From positions 35,250 to 99,249 of IMG/VR virus record IMGVR_UViG_3300045922_000503: a DNA stretch of 64,000 nt, one strand, 5' to 3'. This document shows positions 57,516-64,000 of the stretch, in pieces. This DNA comes from a virus. Under the pieces are notes generated by a model. It searched no databases. It was not told the DNA's origin and was given only the letters and a program-made list of their open reading frames with translations. Made by a program: the position numbers and the translations under genes. Position 1 is the first letter of the stretch, and each line of letters opens with the position of its first letter.

Positions 57516-60500
57516 GTGACGTCGATGGACCAGAACGCAGCCATGATGCAGGCCGCCTACCAGGCTGGTACGCTTCCTATCCAGCAGCCTACGATGCTGC
57601 CCACTTACAACCTGGCCCACGAGGAGCAAGCGGCCAGCGGAGTAGCGGCCGGGCTAGGAGCGGCGGCCACCATACCAGGCATGCTGGTAACCGTCCCGAC
57701 GATCGGTTCCATGGTGCTACCCCAGAGAATCGCCAACTCCACGCTGTTCCATACACTAGCTTCGCCCTTTGACCCTGTATCGGCCGTGACCCTGTCCTGG
57801 CGAGGTGGAGCTGTCAATCAGGCCGCATGGAACAGCATGACCCTGCGGCAGCAGGCAGGGAACATGTTCGCCAGGAGCGGTACCGCCCTCCGAGCGGCAG
57901 CGCCGGCCATCGCCATCGGCACGTTGGCTTACATGTCTGCACAGCAGGCTGCAGACCAGGCGGCTGAAGGCGCGCGGGACTACGTGGCGACCCGACAGCT
58001 GCTGCGCGAGTTGCCGATGATGGGGTTTGGCCCCAACTCCATCCTCAACCCCGGCATCCCAGCTGGCGGGTTCAACTATTCACCCCAGTCCATTTCGTCC
58101 CTCAATCAGGACCTGCGCGGTATCGGGGTGGCGCACGGGCTGGACATCGGTCAGACCCGCAATCTGGTGAGCGATCTTGGTAGTTCCGGCCTAATCACAG
58201 CTTCTTCCAACCCTAAGCAGGTAGCAGAGAGGCTCAAGAAGACGCTAGCCGACCTGAAGCAGGTCAGTGAGATCACGCAGTCCACGCTGGACGAGGCTCT
58301 GCAGACGTACCAGGCGCTGGACTCGTTCGGTCTGCGTGGCCACAGCCAGCGGATGACCGTCCTGAATCAAGCGTCCGCGCTCTCCTCAATGACGGGTCGG
58401 CCGCTCACGCAGGTCATGGGCACGGCCCAGCTTGCCTTAGGGCTCGGGCAGCAGATGGGGGTATCTCCCCTAGACTCCATCGGCATGGGCATGCGAGCCA
58501 TGGCCACAGGGGCGATGCTTGAGCAGTCTGGTGGTCTATCGAGCCGGTACCTGAACCGCGTGGGAGGGTACGATGGCGTCGTCGGGCGCATGCTGGAACT
58601 TCAGATGGGCCTAGGGCAAAGCCAGGGCGCGCTGAACATGATGGCGGCTGCCTACAACCCGGACGGCTCTCTGACAGGAAGAGGGGACTACGGAAGCAGG
58701 CGCAGAGAAGCCAACGCACATCGCTTCTTCAACGAGGTGGACCCGTACCAGATCGAGAGCATGCGGGAGGAGACCCGTGTCCGAGCTCCTGCCATGCTCA
58801 TGTCTCGAGTGGCCTCCATCCAGGAGCGGTACTCCCACGACCCTGCGCGCGCCAATCGAGAGCAGTACCGATATCTTGCGTCCATGGGGATTGAGGATCC
58901 ACAGGAGCAGCTTGCATTCCTAGAGTTCACACGGCAGCAGAGTACCGCTGATTTCCAGATCGCCAGACAGTCCGTCACTGACCGCATGACCATGATGACG
59001 GCCGCCGCCCCCGAGCGCGCCGCCGGACTCAGTGACCGATTGAGCCGGGACGCGTCGACCCTCTCCAGGAGGCTTGACGCCATCCAAAAAGAGCTTGGCA
59101 GAGCGTTCAACGACCTGGGGGAGGGACTACAGCGGGCAGCAGAACGCGTCACGCGCCGCATCAGTTCCAGCTCGTACGCAGCTAGCTACTACACCCCGTC
59201 TTCGTCTGGAGTCACGACGGCAGACCTGTCGGCCTACGCCACGTCGGTACTGAACGGGCAGGTCGACCTGTACGGCGGCAACCTGCTGAGTGACACGTAC
59301 TCCATGATGAACCGCCACGCCGACGCGCTTTTCCGCGGGATGGCCAGCAACCTCGGCATGTCGGGGATTACTAGGCAGCAGTCCAGGGACATGTTGAGGA
59401 GCCCGTTTGAGAGGGCTTACGTCAGTACCATGATCGACTTCCCCAGAGCCATGGGTCGGATTGTTCCGGGAGCTATGGGGTTTGACTCGGTCGTTGACCC
59501 TGGGGGGCTGTCGAGGGCTGCAGGTTACGCTAGGCGCGCTGGGGCAGCAGACACAGGGAGCGCCAGTCTAGGGAGGACTGCCCGAGGTCCCGTGTCAGTA
59601 GACGACCTCTTCACGCGAATGGCGGCAGAGCGTGGGATGGTGTTCGACCCGGTCACCCAGTCACTCATCACGGAGCAAGACGCCAGGGAAGACGCCGAGC
59701 GGCTGCTGTCAGTCGCCGGCGTCAGAGAGCGTATCGCGGAGACGGCGCAGCAGATCCGTGGGGAGATGTCAGGTCAGGGAGAGTCGTACACGCTGGCCAA
59801 TGAGATTGGCAACTTCGGCCTACTCGTTGCCGACACCCTGACGCTTGGGGCCTTGGGGACGGGGTGGTCGGCGACTCGACTGGCGGCTACTGGAGACATC
59901 AATGAATCGCGTCTGTACCGGGGGCAGAGCCACTACGTCGCGTCTCTGGCCATGGGCAAAGGGCTCGGGGACGAGTTCGTCTATCAGGCGCAGTCTATGG
60001 CTGCGCCCTTCGCCCGGATGGGGCGAGCGCTGACGCGTTACCTGGGCGTCGAGACCCCAGAGGCTCAGCTCACCGCGGCAGGGCAGCGACTCTTTCAGGG
60101 CAACGACACGCCGGAAGCTCGGGCGGCGATGAACAGGTTTGCGGCAGCAGCGTTCAATGGACGGTCGTTTGCAGACCTAGATATCCGAGAGCGAACGGCG
60201 CTGCGGGCGTCTCTCCGGGCAGAATCTGCAGGGGCTGATTTCGCTGTGCTGGGTGGGCCAGCCATTCTTGACGGTACTGAGGGGATGCTTGCTGGCGTGA
60301 TGACGGGGGTTGCCCGGGACCTAGCTGTGTCCAGCATCTTCGTGCAGGAGGACGAAGCCCGCGCGGTTGAAATTCAGGCGCAGCGCGATGCAGCCAGACG
60401 GAACCAGGCCATGTTCAGCGCCGTAGAAGAGCGCGCAAGGCTTTTGCGGGAGGAGATGAGCATCGCCGCAGAGGAAAATCGGCTTCAGCAGCAGCTCGCG

Positions 60501-62189
60501 CGCGACCGTCGAAATCAAGTAGGGACGACTCAAGAAGATTACGCCTATGGTGCTATCACTAACAGAGCGATGTTGCGCCCTGCCGCTCAACGACAGGCAA
60601 CTTTGGAGAGACTGCAGGCTAGGAGGCAGGAACTGAATGAGCGCATGGGTGCCAGCGCCACCTCTGGCATCCTGGCCAACGCGGGCATCTCCGACCTAGA
60701 GGTGTTGAATCTGTCCCAGGTGATGCAGGGCTACAACCCCACCATGGGCACACGGTCCGAGTACCTTAGGCAGTTCGCTAACGAAGGCTATGGGCGAAAC
60801 AGAAGGTTCCTTCGGGGGTCCCTCGATTACTTGGACGCCAACGACATGGCGTCACAACGGAGCCGTGACGCTTTCTTGACTGGCAGAGTCAGCCTGCCTG
60901 ACCGAATGGGGATCAGCGACCTGGATGGAAGTACGCAGGCTGCGCTGATGGAGGCGATGTCCGCCTTCCGAATTGAGGCGGAAGCCCAGGAGTTCATGCC
61001 TGGGTCGGGTCAGACGGATATGGGTATCGCGCTCTTCGAGCATGCGTTCTCGATGCAACGGTCCGATGACCCGACACAGCAGACTGCATCCCGGGCAGCG
61101 ATGGGAGTACTGGGCGGGTACATCCGCGCCAGCGGGGGCCTCGACCAGTTCCTGGCAAGCAGCGGTCTGACAGGCGAACGCGCTCGGTTCGCGCGGGATG
61201 CCATGGGCATGGTTCCTGCGGGGTTGAGTGCACTGTCTGGTCAAGAGCTGTTGACCACTCTCGGCAGCTTGAACACCTTGGTCGGCGGCAGCGTCCGAGG
61301 CGGTACCAGGGGTGACGAACTGGTGCAGGCCGAAGAAGCGTTCCGTGCTGCCCGGGAGATGGAGATCGCCACGGAGTTTCACAACGCTTCCCAGGAGCAG
61401 GCGTACCGCAACATCGAGCAGATGCGGGCTGCCGACGACCAATCCACCAGAGACTACTTGCGGATGCTGGGTGCTTCTCAAGGTGGGATGGACGGGGTGG
61501 ACCTCAGCAGTAACATCTACGAGGGGGACAACCAGCGTTCCATCCTGACGGCCTTGTCAAGGCGGAGGGAGAGCCTGATGAACGCGGCAGCCAGCGGGTC
61601 CCCTGAGCAGCGCCGGCGGGCCGAGATGGACTTGCGGGAACTAGAGTACAGGGAGATGCTGCTGGGCGGAGACAGGGAGAACGCCAGGGAGAACATTACC
61701 CACTACGCGCTCAACAGAATGTTCGACGGAGACTCCTTCAACGCGTCCGTTGTTGAAGAGATCATCGGGCGCATCGGCGCAAGTCCAGAGAGTGCACGGG
61801 GCATTCAGGCCCTGGGGCAGACCCTTACGTCCGGAAACGCGGGAGACATCCGTAGACTCCTCCAGGACGATGGAATGTTCGAGCGCGTCAGGGGCGCTCT
61901 GGGGCCAGGCATGGAAGGCAGCAGCCGGGAGGAGGTCCTGAGGGCTCTGACTACCGGGGGTCGAGGAGGAGAGGCTGCTCGACAGATTATTGAGCGCATC
62001 CTTGCTTCAGGGCCGCTGGCTGAGTCCACAGAGCAGGATAGGAACCTCCAGAGAGACAGCCAGCAGGCAATGATCCGTGTCAGGGATCTGCTGGAAGGAA
62101 TGACCACCACAGCAGTCCCGACCAGTCTTCCCGCGCTGCGTGTCACCTCAAGCTTCGGCAGCTTCGCAGACGACCCCTCCGGCCCCTAA
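57516..62189 (+). CDS. Tape-measure-like protein (start GTG 57516 or ATG 57525)
   Basis: 1557 aa, Ala/Gly/Met/Arg-rich and helical, hydrophobic N-terminal segments; downstream of tube and chaperone genes. Confidence 0.65.
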   Translation: MTSMDQNAAMMQAAYQAGTLPIQQPTMLPTYNLAHEEQAASGVAAGLGAAATIPGMLVTVPTIGSMVLPQRIANSTLFHTLASPFDPVSAVTLSWRGGAVNQAAWNSMTLRQQAGNMFARSGTALRAAAPAIAIGTLAYMSAQQAADQAAEGARDYVATRQLLRELPMMGFGPNSILNPGIPAGGFNYSPQSISSLNQDLRGIGVAHGLDIGQTRNLVSDLGSSGLITASSNPKQVAERLKKTLADLKQVSEITQSTLDEALQTYQALDSFGLRGHSQRMTVLNQASALSSMTGRPLTQVMGTAQLALGLGQQMGVSPLDSIGMGMRAMATGAMLEQSGGLSSRYLNRVGGYDGVVGRMLELQMGLGQSQGALNMMAAAYNPDGSLTGRGDYGSRRREANAHRFFNEVDPYQIESMREETRVRAPAMLMSRVASIQERYSHDPARANREQYRYLASMGIEDPQEQLAFLEFTRQQSTADFQIARQSVTDRMTMMTAAAPERAAGLSDRLSRDASTLSRRLDAIQKELGRAFNDLGEGLQRAAERVTRRISSSSYAASYYTPSSSGVTTADLSAYATSVLNGQVDLYGGNLLSDTYSMMNRHADALFRGMASNLGMSGITRQQSRDMLRSPFERAYVSTMIDFPRAMGRIVPGAMGFDSVVDPGGLSRAAGYARRAGAADTGSASLGRTARGPVSVDDLFTRMAAERGMVFDPVTQSLITEQDAREDAERLLSVAGVRERIAETAQQIRGEMSGQGESYTLANEIGNFGLLVADTLTLGALGTGWSATRLAATGDINESRLYRGQSHYVASLAMGKGLGDEFVYQAQSMAAPFARMGRALTRYLGVETPEAQLTAAGQRLFQGNDTPEARAAMNRFAAAAFNGRSFADLDIRERTALRASLRAESAGADFAVLGGPAILDGTEGMLAGVMTGVARDLAVSSIFVQEDEARAVEIQAQRDAARRNQAMFSAVEERARLLREEMSIAAEENRLQQQLARDRRNQVGTTQEDYAYGAITNRAMLRPAAQRQATLERLQARRQELNERMGASATSGILANAGISDLEVLNLSQVMQGYNPTMGTRSEYLRQFANEGYGRNRRFLRGSLDYLDANDMASQRSRDAFLTGRVSLPDRMGISDLDGSTQAALMEAMSAFRIEAEAQEFMPGSGQTDMGIALFEHAFSMQRSDDPTQQTASRAAMGVLGGYIRASGGLDQFLASSGLTGERARFARDAMGMVPAGLSALSGQELLTTLGSLNTLVGGSVRGGTRGDELVQAEEAFRAAREMEIATEFHNASQEQAYRNIEQMRAADDQSTRDYLRMLGASQGGMDGVDLSSNIYEGDNQRSILTALSRRRESLMNAAASGSPEQRRRAEMDLRELEYREMLLGGDRENARENITHYALNRMFDGDSFNASVVEEIIGRIGASPESARGIQALGQTLTSGNAGDIRRLLQDDGMFERVRGALGPGMEGSSREEVLRALTTGGRGGEAARQIIERILASGPLAESTEQDRNLQRDSQQAMIRVRDLLEGMTTTAVPTSLPALRVTSSFGSFADDPSGP

Positions 62190-62208
62190 CCTACCTTGGA
62201 GAAGCCGC

Positions 62209-62439
62209 ATGACACAGACTGACGCAGCCCCTGGAGAGGTGGTGTCTACCTTCACGGAGACCACCGGGACCGAGACGCTCACAAAGACGGTGTTCGCCCG
62301 CATCGGGCCTGACGCGGTACTCTGGCAGCAGGCGGAGGCTGTACTCAGCGCACGTGTGACGCAGTCTGAGTTGGCAAAGGGGGCAGGGTTGCTTCCAAGA
62401 AGGTGGAGAAAGTTCCTGGCTAGATCCCGGCACTCGTGA
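62209..62439 (+). CDS. Hypothetical protein
   Basis: SD GGAG before MTQTD. Confidence 0.45.
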   Translation: MTQTDAAPGEVVSTFTETTGTETLTKTVFARIGPDAVLWQQAEAVLSARVTQSELAKGAGLLPRRWRKFLARSRHS

Positions 62440-62446
62440 GGTACCC

Positions 62447-63727
62447 ATGGCCCGTAACAGAACCAGCGATGCAACGAGGACCCAGCGCCGAGCAGACCGC
62501 GCCGACAGGCGGGAACAGTTGGCGAGGGCAAGTGGCCTTCAGAGCACTGCAGCAGCGTCTTCGTTCTCGTCCATCCGTGTCGTGCCTGGCCGAGGGCCAA
62601 TCTCGGCTGTAGCCCCAACACAAGGCATCCCAGTCCGTCGTCCCCTATTTGGTCTGTCGAAGTTTCGGCCAGGCACAGAGTGCAAGCTTGTGCTGCTGGA
62701 GCAGGACGGCACCCCTGTGCCCATGCTGAACTCGTCAGATCCCAGTGGCACGTTCAATGGGACTGCCAACTTCTTCGTATCCCAGTGGGTAAGAAACGCA
62801 GGAGACCCAGCGCCTCCCATCACCAGGACGTTCAGTGGCTACCATATCAGCGTCAACAGTGAAGGCCCTCCAACTTATCAGGTCACTCTGACGATGCCAG
62901 ACACCTACAACTTCCCGTGGGTGACAGAGTGGATTCAGAACTTTACTGCCCTCACTGGCCCACTGGCGACAATTCCTCGGCGTCGAAAGGTACAGATCCA
63001 CATCGACAACAGAATCATCACTGGGACCCTGATCTCCCCTGTCATCGCATCCATGGGGCCAGAGACGTGGGGGATGTACCAGATGACCACAGGTCTTATC
63101 GTCGATAGCGAGAGACCAGACGATGCCCTTGACGTAGCAGCTGCAGCAGCCAGAGGTCGTAGCAGTGTCCTGGACTTCTATGCCTCAGAGGCCAACAGGG
63201 ATGAGCTGGGAGTTGATATCGCTGCTGCCTCTGCCGCGGAAACGGACGCCCGGATCACGATGGCCTACGAGACCGTCTCTGGGCAGGGATCAGGAGGGTT
63301 GCTCAATGTCGACATCACGCTGACCCGTGAGCTGAATCCAGGGGGAGACATCATTCCTCCTGACGTGGAAGGAGCACTTCGCATGGCTGCTGCTGCCAAC
63401 AGAAGGCTGGGCCGTAACGCGTATGACCTGAACCAGACGCGCAGGGGCGTGTTGGCCAGAGCAGCAGGAGACATCCTCGACTGGTCAGGGTCTTCTCATC
63501 CCCTGGGGTCGTATTTTACTGGGTCAGATCCTGAAGAGATCGAGGCTTTCCTGAGAGGAGCCAGGGTTCGCGAGACCACCTTAGACAGTGCTCTTGTAAG
63601 TGTTGCTGCCGCCTTCGGAGGCACCACGTACGGACGCTCTGTTGGAGCAAGAGCACGCCCACAAGCTCCTTCGACTTCAGCAGCGGGGGACAGGGCCGGT
63701 GACACCGTCCGTACCGTCTTCTCCTGA
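62447..63727 (+). CDS. Putative baseplate hub / tube-initiator-like protein
   Basis: Follows the tape measure; tube-like beta pattern (NFFVSQW..TRTFSGY..YQVTL). Confidence 0.45.
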   Translation: MARNRTSDATRTQRRADRADRREQLARASGLQSTAAASSFSSIRVVPGRGPISAVAPTQGIPVRRPLFGLSKFRPGTECKLVLLEQDGTPVPMLNSSDPSGTFNGTANFFVSQWVRNAGDPAPPITRTFSGYHISVNSEGPPTYQVTLTMPDTYNFPWVTEWIQNFTALTGPLATIPRRRKVQIHIDNRIITGTLISPVIASMGPETWGMYQMTTGLIVDSERPDDALDVAAAAARGRSSVLDFYASEANRDELGVDIAAASAAETDARITMAYETVSGQGSGGLLNVDITLTRELNPGGDIIPPDVEGALRMAAAANRRLGRNAYDLNQTRRGVLARAAGDILDWSGSSHPLGSYFTGSDPEEIEAFLRGARVRETTLDSALVSVAAAFGGTTYGRSVGARARPQAPSTSAAGDRAGDTVRTVFS

Positions 63728-63752
63728 CCAAAGGCTAAAGACTAACGCAGAA

Positions 63753-63793
63753 GCGCTCTCCCCCACCGGCCTTTCGGCCGGCGGGGGGAGCGC
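63753..63793. terminator. GC-rich hairpin terminator between convergent genes
   Basis: gcgctctcccccaccggcc-tttc-ggccggcggggggagcgc. Confidence 0.65.
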
Positions 63794-63794
63794 C

Positions 63795-64000
63795 TCACAG
63801 GCCGACCAGGGGGTCGGGCTGGGCCTCGGCGGCGGCGGCGGGCTCGGCCGTGGGCTCGGCCGCCTCGGCGGCGGTGGCCGCGCGGCGGCGGCGGACCGCC
63901 ACGGCCACGGCCGCGGCGCCGCCCAGGACGGACGCCGCCGCCATAACGGCGGTGGCCTTTTCAAGGAACGTCCACGCGCGGCGCGGCGCGGGGGTGGGGG
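63795..64000 (-). CDS. 3' end of a membrane-anchored hypothetical protein (start outside the window; not in the ORF track)
   Basis: Minus frame reads ..RAWTFLEKATAVMAAASVLGGAAAVAVAVRRRRAATAAEAAEP..DPLVGL* and stops just before the hairpin. Confidence 0.55.
   Translation of the reverse strand, partial: PTPAPRRAWTFLEKATAVMAAASVLGGAAAVAVAVRRRRAATAAEAAEPTAEPAAAAEAQPDPLVGL

Noticed and set aside
46785-63727. Tailocin, eCIS or T6SS
   Set aside because: Head and DNA-packaging genes are present in the same cluster.
63939-63947. CGCCATAAC near-match to the promoter motif
   Set aside because: Mismatched, inside an antisense coding region, and no downstream gene is visible.

Overview
This 64 kb window is a GC-rich, densely coded segment of a large tailed (myovirus-type, probably jumbo) bacteriophage genome, not a cellular chromosome. 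It opens with a 2679-aa multisubunit-type RNA polymerase with beta and beta' fused in one chain, interrupted right after the catalytic NADNDGD motif by an atypical intein (Ser start, Trp-Asp end). Next is an array of about 12 glycine-zipper proteins plus an NPH-I/SNF2-like helicase, many sharing an N-terminal leader ending in K-x-S. The rest holds a baseplate spike, GpA-type terminase, a head module (prohead protease, scaffolds, decoration protein, HK97-fold capsid), neck, sheath, tube, opposite-strand tail chaperones with a probable -1 frameshift, and a tape-measure-like protein. Two unannotated signals run through the window. (1) A K-x-S/A peptide motif is enriched in head proteins and terminates the shared leader; I infer a prohead-protease cleavage and capsid-loading code. 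(2) A GGCCATAA DNA motif lies 33-57 nt upstream of scattered non-structural genes; I infer it is the phage-RNAP promoter, while some virion genes have sigma70-like promoters. No portal, alpha, sigma, tRNA, rRNA or CRISPR array was recognised. All functional calls come from motif recognition and gene order, without database searches.
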